A DNA stretch of 64,000 nt. It comes from Cyanophora paradoxa CCMP329 (Eukaryota > Plantae > Glaucophyta). Position 1 is the stretch's first letter. Every line of letters starts with the position of its first letter. The stretch lies in assembly GCA_004431415.1 (NCBI GenBank), contig QPMI01000119.1:1-64000 (forward strand), written 5' to 3'. Shown here piece by piece: positions 49,361-60,900 of this stretch. Both the position numbers and the translations under genes were made by a program. The notes under the pieces were generated by a model that saw only the letters and a program-made list of their open reading frames with translations, was not told the origin of the DNA and did not search any database.

Positions 49361-52300
49361 ATGCCCCGCCAATCCAATAGAATCATCAAAGAGAAGAAAA
49401 ACGAAATACTCGGTCTTTTAGGAACCCTTTTAGTCACTGGTGATATTACAGAATTCGAATATGATCGCCAGGCAGCAATCTTGGATAGGAGACCAAGATT
49501 ATCTCAACTCACAGAAATTACAAATCGACTGTATGATCGTTTTGAGAAAATGGAGGAATTCAGGGATGAAGGTTTAAGGTTGGGAGCGATTGCACCAGAG
49601 ATTGAAGATGGGAAGCAATGAACAAAGCATATTCTTGGTTGACCTATCGAGCCAGAGGGAGGTTATCCAAGATGGGATTGAATTCTTGGAGAGAATTGCA
49701 CCCACTCTACCTCAGAGACTCAGACAGAAACTCCAAGACCTGCGAGCAATTAAAACTCGGTTGACCTTCATTTGTAAATTCACCAAAGTGAGTGATCAAA
49801 GGGTGTGGATCACCAAATTCATTTACAGTGATTACTTTGTCATCACAAGATCACGAAATATTGATGTTGAACTGCGAAATGCCCTTCAATCTATGCAGGA
49901 ACAGATGATGCAGGTTGACAGTTACAGACTGGATCGCATTGAGATGCTGAGAGTGGTAATAATGTCTTATGCTCCTGTGGGTGGTTGCTTCTTCTCGACA
50001 CCTGAGTGGATTGGATCAAAGAGAGCAACTGTGAATGTCAAGAATATTGATGGTCAAGACTGCTTCAAGTATGCAATCTTGGCTTACCTGCACCGAAATG
50101 ATATTAATAAACACAAGAGCAATGAACCCAGCCAGTATAGAAGATGGTTAAACGAACTCGATTTCGAGGGCATCCAGTTTCCAGTTGCCTGTGATGCAGA
50201 GGTTATTGATCGATTTGAGGAGCAGAACCCTGAACTCTCAATCAACATTTATGGTGCAGATAATCAAGCACAGTGTTTCTATCCTCTCCACCAATCCAGC
50301 AACCCCAGGAGAAAGACCAAGATTAACCTTTTATTAATCGAAAACGAAGAGGATGATAGAGGGTATTATATCACCATCATGTCTCTGAGTAGACTTCTGA
50401 AAACCACCTTTGATAAAGCCCATGATGGTCGCATTTATTATTGTGAGACCTGTCTGTCTCGTTTCAGAACTCAGGAGAAGCTGGATGTACATATAGAAGC
50501 AAATCGCTGCATTGATTGGAGGGAAAGCAAAGGTAAATGTCCGAAATCTGGAAGTCACATTGCATTTGGGCTTCAACACCTTCGCAAAACTGTGTGGCTT
50601 CCCACTATCTGCTATGTGAAAATGGACAGTCACTCGGTTCCAATTGATGAGAACCGCAGTAAGAGAGAGGTTAAATCGGTTTCTCTAACAGTTGTGATGG
50701 GGGATGAGGTGATCTCTCATTATTTCGAGGGATCAGATCCACTTGGTGCTCTGTTTACCACTCTCACAGAGATCAGACCCCAAGTAATCCGCACTCTATT
50801 CACCAATATTCCAATGCACCCACTCACAGAGGAGCAGAAAGCACAATACAAGATTACTAAACACTGTTATATCTGTGCTGAACGATTTACCCATGAGAAT
50901 TTCCCAGTGAGAGACCATTGTCATCAATCAGGAGCATTTATTGGGAAAGCATGCAGAAACTGCAATCTCCACAGGAGAATCTCGAAACAAACCAAGGTTG
51001 CAATAGTGGTGGATCACATGGATGAATGTGGACACGAAATATTCCGCAAAATTGCACAGCAAGATGATAAACTTCGTGTTGAGATTCTGAGCAAGAATTT
51101 CGATCAATACCTCTCTCTGCAATGGGGCATGTGGAAATTCATAGATGCTTCGCACTTCATGGACTTCCAGGCAGTGGATTCTGGTGATCTTATGAGTAAA
51201 TTCCAGACATTCCGAGAATTGGCGTTTACACAATATGGATTGGATCCTGCCCATTATGTGAGCGCTCCTGGATTATCCTGGGATGCAATGCTCATTTATA
51301 CCAGAGCAAAGATCGAGCAGATCAGTGATGTAGGGCAATACGAATTTATTGAGAGGGCAATTCGAGGTGGGTTTGCTACAATGCCTACTCGATATGCAAA
51401 GGTGGATAACCCAGATGACCATATAGTTCTCTTAGATGCAAATAATCTGTATGGTTATGCTCTCAGTCAAGAACTGCCCATTGGAGATTTTCGATGGGAA
51501 GATATCACAGAGGCACTTAAAGAGACCCCAGGACGAAGTGCCTTTATTGAAGTAGACCTGGAATACCCACAAACTCTCACAGATCATTACGATTTTCCAC
51601 TTGTAGTGAATAAAGAACATGTCACCACCGAAATGCTGGGTGGGTATCAAAGAAAGTTACTGGATATCACAGGTGAGAAGATAAGCAAAGACCCCAAACT
51701 CACTGCAACATTCTCACCCAAAAACAAGTATGTTATCTCCCAACCTCTCTTGGTCTATCTTGTGAGCAAAGGTATTATAATTAAGAAGGTTCACAGGGTT
51801 CTCTCATTTGCAACCTCTGCATTCATGAAGAGTTATATTGATCTAAATACGAAACTGAGGCGCCAATCTGTCACCAGATTCGAGTCTGACTTCTTTAAAT
51901 TAATGAACAATGCAATCTATGGTAAATGCCTCGAATCATGCAGGGGTCGATCTGTGGTAAAGATTGCTAACAGTGAGAAACTCTGCAAGAAATATGCTGC
52001 AAGTCCATTGATCAAGGCAACCAATGTATTAAACGAAAATGCTGTTGCCTTTGAGATGTACTCAAAGCATGTTCACTTAGATAAACCAGTAGCAATTGGT
52101 GCTTTTGTGCTGGATTTCGCCAAACTCCATAATAGCAGGTTCTTTTATGATGTGGTGAGGAGAACTTGGGAAACAGCAGAGCTGCTGTTCCATGATACAG
52201 ATTCTTTCTGTCTACTGCTGCATACCAATGATCTAAATAATGAGATGAAGCGAATTGCTGAACACCTGGATTGCAGTAATTATGATCCAGCCCACCCTCT

Positions 52301-52640
52301 CTTTGATAGGAGCAATCGTTTGATTCCAGGTAAATATAAAAACGAGTTTCCCCATGCAAAGATTGTGGAGTATGTAGGTCTGAGATCGAAACTCTATGCT
52401 TTCAGAACTGAGACCTTTGATAAAATAAAAATGTCTGGAACCTCCTCAAAAGAGGTTTACTTTGATGATTTCAAGAGATGCTTGTTTGAAGGCATCACCA
52501 AAACAGTAGCAGTAGTAAACAAGCGAAGACAAGACCACAACCTATATGATTTGGAGAGCAGAAGGGTGGCTCTAAACCAACTCGATAGCAAAAGGAAGAT
52601 ATTAGACGATGGAATTCACAGCATTCCATTTGGGCTCTAA
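49361..52640 (+). CDS. polB: Protein-primed family B DNA polymerase with C2H2 finger and endonuclease VII-like insertion; degenerate exonuclease; probable frameshift near 49610
   Basis: CFKYAILAYLH, YCETCLSRF...H, CYIC...RDHCH...CRNCN, YGLDPAHY, DANNLYG, KLMNNAIYGK, HDTDSF, GLRSKLY. Confidence 0.88.
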
Positions 52641-52823
52641 TCTACTTCATTAATCTTTCTTTTTCTTTGGTTTCGCTCTCCAAGAAGTAATAAACCGCGA
52701 ATTAAATGCAGCAGCCAAATACATCTTAATCCAGGATCATTGGGCTCGATTGCAAAATAGTTTGGAATTGTGTTCTCTTTCCACACAGACTCTTGCATTT
52801 ATTATATGAGAGATAAGGTAAAG

Positions 52824-54224
52824 ATGCCTTCAACACAAATAGGATTGAGACAACCACCAAGAATTGTGAGAAAAGAGGCAATTGAAGATCGAGGGAATAT
52901 CCTGCCCATCACAGTTCCAGTGGAGGAGAAGAGCAGTCGAATATTAAAAAGATCAGAGATGGTCAAGCAATTAATCCCAGAGACCCTCCCAGCTGAGACA
53001 GCAACAAAAGAGTCAAAGATTGCTAAGAAGTTCTATGATCCCAGGACAGGCTACAAAGGATTTACTGCAATGAGACAGGAACTACCAGAGGAGAACTACA
53101 AGAAGATGAGAGAATGGTATGATAAGCAGGAGGTTGTCCAAATTAATGCACCCACTCTATCTCGAAAGAGAGATCCCATGATTCCAATTAGGCAACCCCT
53201 TGATACATATGTGATTGATCTGCTCTTCTTTCCTGCATACAAAAAGCAGAATGATGGTTATGATACATTTATGAGTGCAATGGAATCAACCCTGAGAACA
53301 GGGTTCATAATTCCAATGAGAGACAAGAGTGCTCTTACTACTCTTGCAGCATTCAAGCAACTTGAACAAAGAGTCCCCAGACCGATTGTTCGCATTCAGA
53401 GTGATAGTGGAAGCGAATTTACCAATGTGCTATTCACAGATTATTTGGGAACCAAAAGCATAGAGCATCAACTAAGTGATGTTGCAGATCACAGAACCCA
53501 AGGTCGAATTGAAGCCTTTAACAGACAGATCAAAAGATTGATCACAAACTACTGCATTGCAAATAATACTGCACGATTTTTTGATGTGTTGGGTGATATT
53601 GAGTATAATTATAATAATACCATTCACTCTGCAACCAAGAGAAAACCAGCAGAGACCACAGAAGCCCACTACAAAGAGATTGTGAATATGGAGGATCAGA
53701 GATTCAAGAAATCGATTGAGTATCTTGATGCTCTGAAACCTGGAATGTTTGTGAGAGTAAAAGTTGAAAAGAATCCATTTGCAAAGCAGGGTGTTAATTG
53801 GTCTCGAATTGTTTATAGTGTGGAGGGCAGAGAGGGCTTCAAGTTCAGAATCAGAAGTCCAAGTGGTGAGATAGTTGATGGTAGATTCGCTTTTCATGAA
53901 CTGCTGCCCATCAAAGGTGTTGAGTATCATGAAACTCCCACAGTGGATGCCCTTGAACATGCAAAGGAGGAAGCCAGGGTTGATTCTGCAATCAGAAAGG
54001 AGGGCATAGAAAAAGCAAGTGAAGTACCAAAAGAACCCCTCACAGAAGCAAGAGCACAAAAGAAGGGTAGAGTAGAGAAGGAATTAAAGAAGTTGACCAT
54101 AGCAGGAACCCAGAAATTATCAGAAGTTAACAGTCAGAGGTGGTATAATGACTTTTCAACCACCAAGGAAACATATACTGCACCCCAAACTCGATTTAAT
54201 CTACGAAGTGGGCAGAGGAAATAG
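52824..54224 (+). CDS. int: Retroviral-like (rve) DDE integrase
   Basis: YVIDL, QSDSGSEF, QGRIEAFNRQIK, YNNTIHSAT; start uncertain. Confidence 0.92.
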   Translation: MPSTQIGLRQPPRIVRKEAIEDRGNILPITVPVEEKSSRILKRSEMVKQLIPETLPAETATKESKIAKKFYDPRTGYKGFTAMRQELPEENYKKMREWYDKQEVVQINAPTLSRKRDPMIPIRQPLDTYVIDLLFFPAYKKQNDGYDTFMSAMESTLRTGFIIPMRDKSALTTLAAFKQLEQRVPRPIVRIQSDSGSEFTNVLFTDYLGTKSIEHQLSDVADHRTQGRIEAFNRQIKRLITNYCIANNTARFFDVLGDIEYNYNNTIHSATKRKPAETTEAHYKEIVNMEDQRFKKSIEYLDALKPGMFVRVKVEKNPFAKQGVNWSRIVYSVEGREGFKFRIRSPSGEIVDGRFAFHELLPIKGVEYHETPTVDALEHAKEEARVDSAIRKEGIEKASEVPKEPLTEARAQKKGRVEKELKKLTIAGTQKLSEVNSQRWYNDFSTTKETYTAPQTRFNLRSGQRK

Positions 54225-54225
54225 A

Positions 54226-54468
54226 TTAACAACGCTTTCGGAATCTCTTAGACCTCTGGCGAATTCTCCTCATTTGTCTATCTTTTTCAAGAATTTCCAA
54301 GAAGAAAGTTTCAAGGTTTGAGACCAGCTGGTAATTGTAAACAAAGAACAGTCTCACATGCTCTGGCTGTGACATGAAGAAATTGTAATAGAAAGCAGTT
54401 TTGAAATCATGGACCCAGTCTGATTGGGCAGCATGGATGATAGCAGGGTCTTGGTAGATGGGATCCAT
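54226..54468 (-). CDS. Hypothetical protein
   Basis: Short ORF convergent with the integrase. Confidence 0.4.
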   Translation of the reverse strand: MDPIYQDPAIIHAAQSDWVHDFKTAFYYNFFMSQPEHVRLFFVYNYQLVSNLETFFLEILEKDRQMRRIRQRSKRFRKRC

Positions 54469-54629
54469 AGCAGAAGTTGAGAGAATCCAGAAAATCCTTG
54501 TCAATTTTTTATTTTGTTAGTGCCCGATCTCAACGAAACAAGAACGGCGCTGTCGAGAGGATTCCGAATCTGTTTTCAGAATTGAAAACGGAGCAGTTGG
54601 TAATAAAATACATATATATGACCGATATT

Positions 54630-55036
54630 GAAGTTTCGGTGAAGTTTCAATGAAGTTTCGGAGCGAAGTTTCAATGAAGTTTCGGAGCGAAGTTTCAACG
54701 AAGTTTCGGAGCGAAGTTTTTATGAAGTTTCGGTGAAGTTGCGAATGACGTCATGAGTGTCTTTTCGGTTCGCGAATAATTAAGTGGACATGGCGGCGTC
54801 CCGTCGTTTTTTTGAAGAGGTGTCCTCGAAAATGGTGCCCCGTCATTTTCGTGAAACGGTGTCCTCGAAAATGGTGCCCCGTCATTTTCGTGAATCCTGT
54901 TGAACAAAATGGTTGCTCGTCATCGCAACCAGGTTGCGCAACCACTCAATCGGAAAAAAATTGGGTGCGCAACCACTCAATCGGAAAAAAATTGGGTGCG
55001 CAACCACTCAATCGGAAAAAAATTGGTTGCGCAACC
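54630..55036 (+). repeat. Non-coding cluster of tandem repeats
   Basis: GAAGTTTC units (54630-54740), 2x GGTGTCCTCGAAAATGGTGCCCCGTCATTTTCGTGAA, 3x GCGCAACCACTCAATCGGAAAAAAATTGG. Confidence 0.85.
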
Positions 55037-55507
55037 AGTATGACGTCATGACATCACGTGTTTCATGACAAATATATATACCATACATTTCGTGTGACAC
55101 AGAAGCCCCCAGTCGCCGACCGACCAATCCGCTATTTTATGGTCAAAATGTATATATGCGCATATATACTTGACGGTTCGCGTTACCACTGTCGGCATCG
55201 AATAACGTTCCTACTGTGGTGCTGTCGGCATCTTCAAATGCTTGTATCTCGTCACCAGAACATCGGATTGCGACCGTCGACATAGCGCTGGAAAGCGCTT
55301 GCAAAGACCTACACGACAATATAGGTGTCGAGTATATATATGTATATATATCATACATATATTTCGAAAAAACGACTTGTCGGCTACTTTCTACTGCAAA
55401 GAACATGCAGTAAAATAATGCAAAAATACAGTAGCTACTGTAAAAATCGCCATAATGTGGGCGAAGATACAGTAGCCACTGGATCATACGTCAGGAATTC
55501 TGAAATA

Positions 55508-57049
55508 TTATACACTTCGAATAAATGCACCTGTAACATCCACTCTCATTGTTGGGGTATTTATATATACAATTGGATAAATACGAATATACCTTGTCCT
55601 CAGAGGGTAGCCAATATAGAAAACGTCTTTAATAGAGGTGGGATACCCAGAACTGTATGAGACATCACCACTGTTATGGGCATTATTAATTGTTTCACAC
55701 ATGAACACTCTATTCACACCTTCATACTTGATAAATGACCAGGAGACACCATCTTGTGAGGTTGCAACATTGAAGGTCTTAACAAAGGCATTGGTCACAC
55801 CAGACCCATATGCAATTATAGATGCTACCTCATATATATATGGGAAGGATACTTGGAGATACTCAGTGGGAACACTCCATATCCCATCAGGAGCAGATGC
55901 ATTTGCCTCCCAACCAGTTAATGAAGGTCTTGCTTTAAATGCCTCCCTTCCAATTTTTGATGATGAAGCAGTGAATGCACCATCTGATAGAAGATACCAG
56001 TTAGCATCAATGGGAGGTATGTTATTCAGAGTGGATGATATATAGAACCTTGCAGGGTTCTTGATTTCGTAATTTGCAACCAGTAAATCACAGAGTCTAT
56101 CAATCATCACAGTGTTTGCTGCTATGTACATTTCGGTTGCATCTATCATATCTGGGATCTTAGAGGTATCATCCAAAGAGTTTACTATGGTCTTTGGAAG
56201 TGGAACAGAGAGTCTATAATATCTTGCATATCCTTGATCATCATTGTATGGGAGAAACTCTTGCATCTTTTCCAGAGCAGAGAGTTCACTTGCAGCCATC
56301 AACATATTAATTAATGGACTCCCAGAGGTCGAAGCAATCCATGAGAGAATGCCCCAGCTGTTGACATCTTCATAGGAATATCCCACATTTGGGGCATCTG
56401 TTTCATTGACCTCACCACAGGATATACTGATCACAATTATATCATCATCATCATCATAGATCTTTTTAGCATGGCTGTAACCACATACACTGGGATTGTT
56501 GTTACCTGATATTGCACCATCAATTAGAGACATCCCATCATAGTTCACAGGTGAGAAGTAAGTAGGTGCAGCAGAGGTGGATCTTGCAGCAATCTTGCTG
56601 GGGATGGATTTGTAGGAATTATCATTGGTGATAAAGATGGGCTTCATACTCACAGTATCAAAACTTGTTATCACTACATCTTTTAGAGAGTCTTGAATGA
56701 GAGACTCACCAGTAACAGTGAGAATGGCTGTCTCCAATGGGGTCACATCATACTTGGTGTTGAAAAGGGCATTATCTATAATATTTCTGGGATTAGCAAA
56801 GATTAAAGGCAATTGATTGAGATAAGTGGAATGCAAATCGGTTGCAGTGAGTTTAGGTTCGTTTGGGAATTCGGGATTTTTCACATTGAGACCAATCGCA
56901 ATTATCCCACCAGTGGATGTACCACTCACCAGGTCAACAAGGTCTATTACTCTTTTTCCTGTTCGAGTTTCGATTTCTTTAAGCAATCTCGTAATAATTA
57001 TACCACGAGCTCCCCCACCTGAGAGACTGAGGCAAATCTTCAAAGGCAT
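55508..57049 (-). CDS. Patatin-like phospholipase fused to a C-terminal discoidin (F5/8 type C) domain
   Basis: SGGGARG, GTSTG, TSAAPTYF, DGA; FTASS...EYLQVSF...FVKTFNVATSQDGVSW...TRYIRIYP...MRVDVTG. Confidence 0.9.
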   Translation of the reverse strand: MPLKICLSLSGGGARGIIITRLLKEIETRTGKRVIDLVDLVSGTSTGGIIAIGLNVKNPEFPNEPKLTATDLHSTYLNQLPLIFANPRNIIDNALFNTKYDVTPLETAILTVTGESLIQDSLKDVVITSFDTVSMKPIFITNDNSYKSIPSKIAARSTSAAPTYFSPVNYDGMSLIDGAISGNNNPSVCGYSHAKKIYDDDDDIIVISISCGEVNETDAPNVGYSYEDVNSWGILSWIASTSGSPLINMLMAASELSALEKMQEFLPYNDDQGYARYYRLSVPLPKTIVNSLDDTSKIPDMIDATEMYIAANTVMIDRLCDLLVANYEIKNPARFYISSTLNNIPPIDANWYLLSDGAFTASSSKIGREAFKARPSLTGWEANASAPDGIWSVPTEYLQVSFPYIYEVASIIAYGSGVTNAFVKTFNVATSQDGVSWSFIKYEGVNRVFMCETINNAHNSGDVSYSSGYPTSIKDVFYIGYPLRTRYIRIYPIVYINTPTMRVDVTGAFIRSV

Positions 57050-57076
57050 TTTGTCACTTTAACATTGACGGATATT

Positions 57077-57787
57077 TTAAGAATTGTTTACTAATCGGTA
57101 ATCCTCATCAAACTTTAACAAGTTTGCACGAAATTCCTTTGCCTTTGAAAATGCATCTTCCTCTGTGTATTTTTTAAGTGTGAACCGTTTCGAATGTGTT
57201 TTCAAATTTCCAGTGTCATCTTTAATTGTTACAATAGCGCAAATATACCAAACATTCCATCTCTTGTCAAACGATTTGAAAATGTTCGAGGATTCATGAA
57301 CAAATTTCCGATTGATTGAATTTACCCTCTGAGATACAATTCTGAGATTCTGTTTCCTATTATCAGATCTGATCTGATTAATGTGATCAATACATTCTTT
57401 TTGCTTTTCCCTTCATACTTCATTACAGCTCTATGCATATGTCGAAACTTGCATGTGTTTGATGAAACATAACCATTGTGCGAATGCCAAATATGAGAAT
57501 CCAGAATATCAAAGTCTTCCACATCAATTAATCCAAGAACATCATTCTGAGTTGTGAATTCAATCGTTTTATCATCAACATATCGATATTTGTTAAACAC
57601 TTTTCCCTGTGCAATACAAACTTCTTTCAAAGCACTTTCGGCTTCATCTTTCGTATCAAATCGCTTTTCCTTTCTATTACCGATTTTGTCAAAATACTTC
57701 ATCAACCACTTCTTTTACAGTCTGTTCTTTTTGAGAGATAGACAGTTCCACCATACTTTGCGATGTTATCACTGTAAAGCCACATTT
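57077..57787 (-). CDS. HNH endonuclease (frameshifted)
   Basis: LIDVEDF...WHSHNGY...MHRAVM, then a shifted frame CIDHINQIRSDNRKQNLR that runs to TAA at 57077. Confidence 0.75.
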
Positions 57788-57908
57788 TGCTCCGTTACTC
57801 CTCCTTATAATACTTATCCTTAAATACTTTTTGACATCATTTTTGAGGCGAAGGGGCATCTTTACTTAACTCAACTTTAATAAATCTCTATAAGTAGAGT
57901 AAACAGGG

Positions 57909-60900
57909 ATGAGTTTCAATTACCCAGCAAACCTACAAACCATTCCCTCATCAGGAAGAGGGAGGGCAGATAACAAACATGTAAATTTCGATAACTTGAC
58001 AGCCAGAGGGTCAATCTCAATCGACCATAGTGCAGATGAACCCTCAAAGACTCACCGAAGAATGCATGCACTTTCAATAAACGAAATGGATCCTGAAAAA
58101 GAGGATGTGAGTGTTGCTTTCAGCATGGGGAATGTGAAATCGAATCAGGTAGCCCAGATTAAAGCAACCAGGAGCAGACCAAGAAAACTGAAAACCAGTG
58201 GAACCCACCCAGATATTCCAACTCGATTCGATAGTGGTAGGTTAATATTCAATGTTCAAAATGAGAAGGGTGGGCATCAGAGTGGTTTAAGAATCTATAA
58301 TGAAGGATCAAATGCAATTGCACAAATTCCCGAAATATTACAGATAGCCCCCCATGGAGAAACCAACAAAATCGAGTTCACTAACAATGTTTATCCAAGA
58401 GATATTGTGGCGAATTCGGCTTCTAATGCGCAATTCGGTTTCCAACTACCTGGTGATACAGCAAAGAATAAGGCGTCTTTCACTGTCAACAGTAGCCCCA
58501 CTCAACCAGTAACAATTCATTTACATCCAGACCTTGTCGAAATGGATAGGCACCTTTTACCTCTGGTAACTAATACCAAAGATCTTGGTATCAGAACCAG
58601 GCAATGGCGAAATATCCATGGAAGCAATGTCTATGCAAATGGAGAGAAACTTGTTAGTGAGAAGACCATCAGAGAAATATTTGAATATTATGGACCTGTC
58701 CCAGTTCCCTTTCCTCTTCCATGGGATCCACCAGATTTAACACCCAAAAAGCAACCAGGAAGAGAGTACACAGCAGATGAGACAGTTCCTTTTGGTCAAC
58801 ACATTGTGAGTTGGGAGCAGGTTCGCAATAAACCGATAATTGAACCAAGAAAGCAAATTGATGAGCAATATTTACCTCCTGAAATCGATATTTTGGAGCT
58901 TGACGAATACCAATTCGTTCCAGATGAGGAGGAATACCTACCTGATGGTTTCGACCCACAGGAGTATGAATATGATCAATATGCTCCCAATGAGGAAGAG
59001 TACTTACCAGATGGCTTAGATCCACAAGAGTATGAGTATGAGCAGAATTATGAACCCCATGAGGAATATTTACCAGATGGTCACGAACCACCAGTTGTGG
59101 ATTATGAGCAACCTTACGAACCCCATGAAGAATTATTACCAGATGGATTTCGACCTGAGATTTGGGAGTTCTTTCCAGATTGGGAGCAGATCAACAATAA
59201 ACCAGCGAGATTTCCACCAGAGGATCACAACCATGACTGGGATGAGATCTTAGGTAAACCAGAGAAATTCCCACCAGAGGATCACAGGCATGATTGGGGT
59301 GATATTGATGGAAAACCAACTGAGTTTCCACCAGAAGACCACTTGCATATTTGGAGTGAAATACGAGAACAACCCACTTTTGCATCAGCAGGTAATGTAT
59401 TATTAGGAGATATTAACAATGGTGTGAGTCTCTATCAAAATATAGACACACCAGCAAGATTACAATTAAATGATTACTATGTGAATCGAAAGGGAATAGA
59501 TGCAGGCACCACAATGGAAGGCGAATTATACATTAGACCCCCTACAAGAAATGGAATATTGGGACTTGGTGGTGGTATTGAAATTAAAGACACCAAACCA
59601 GGTATCTATCTTACCAGCTACTATGCAGATGACATCCCAATGACAGGAGGTTTAATATCTTTACCTTCTGATCCAGCAAACTATGATGATAAAAACGCTG
59701 CAATCCAAATTAATGTTACTGATGTGAGTGATTTAGATTCATCAAGACCGAAATTAATATTCAGCAGAGAGAGATTGTTACCAGATGCACTTTTAGGAAA
59801 TCGAGACGATTATAAACAGTGTGAGGTGTCATGGATTAAAACAAATTATAATGGTGGAGTGGGTGAGGGAGTCTTAGAAATCAATCAGAGGGCAGCAGCA
59901 AAGAATATTCACAATGAGACCATATCAAGAGTGGTTACAGAGGATTATCTGAGAGACAATGGAGCAACAATCATCGCAGGAATTGCTGTGGAGGGTGCTT
60001 ACCTTCCTCTCACTGGTGGAACTGTCACAGGTGATGCTCATGCTCCGAATTTCCTTGTTGATACTCCAAATGCTCAGACATTTCCTGTTGTTCACCCAGG
60101 TGCTGAATATATATTAGATGCAAACACTCCAATTAGTAGAGTCGAATTACCAACGAATTTCACCTTTAATCTTGTGGATGTGTTCCCAAACAGCCATAAT
60201 CTCATGTATTTCTCTTCTGAGAATTACCTTTCAGGTGCATTTTCGCCCATTGAACTCTCCATACCAAAGCAAAAGGTGAGCTACAAAGAACTCACAGATG
60301 TCCCGGCAGGATTTAGTGGTAAATGGACTGATATAACGGAGAAGCCAACTTGGAGTAGTTTAGCATTCACAGGTGATTACTATGATTTATCAAGAATTCC
60401 CGATTTCACCACTTATATACCTCGTTGGATTGATCAAAGTGTAATTATATCAGAATCTACACTCCCTTTCAATGGGACATGGGATAGACTATTTACTAAA
60501 CCGAATTTGCATGCTGTGGCTACAAGTGGTGACTACAATGATTTAACTAACACCCCTACTGCACCGACCTTGCATGCTGTGGCTACAAGTGGGAGCTATA
60601 CAGATTTAGTTAATACACCTAACCTCCACGCTGTGGCTACAAGTGGAAATTATGATGATCTGATTAACACACCTACTTCGCCACCCACTCACAATCACAG
60701 CATAGAGTTGCTCACGAATTTCGGTAATTATGTGAATGCAAATGCATATGTGCAACAGGGGACAGCGAATGTAGTTTTGGAAAATAGAATATACAATGCA
60801 GGAGAGACCTTTCAGTTATCGGGAACGGTCGTATTCTCTACCCCATTTTATAGTGATGCAGTGATTACTACCTCTATCGAGAATAGCTACAACTCTGTAA

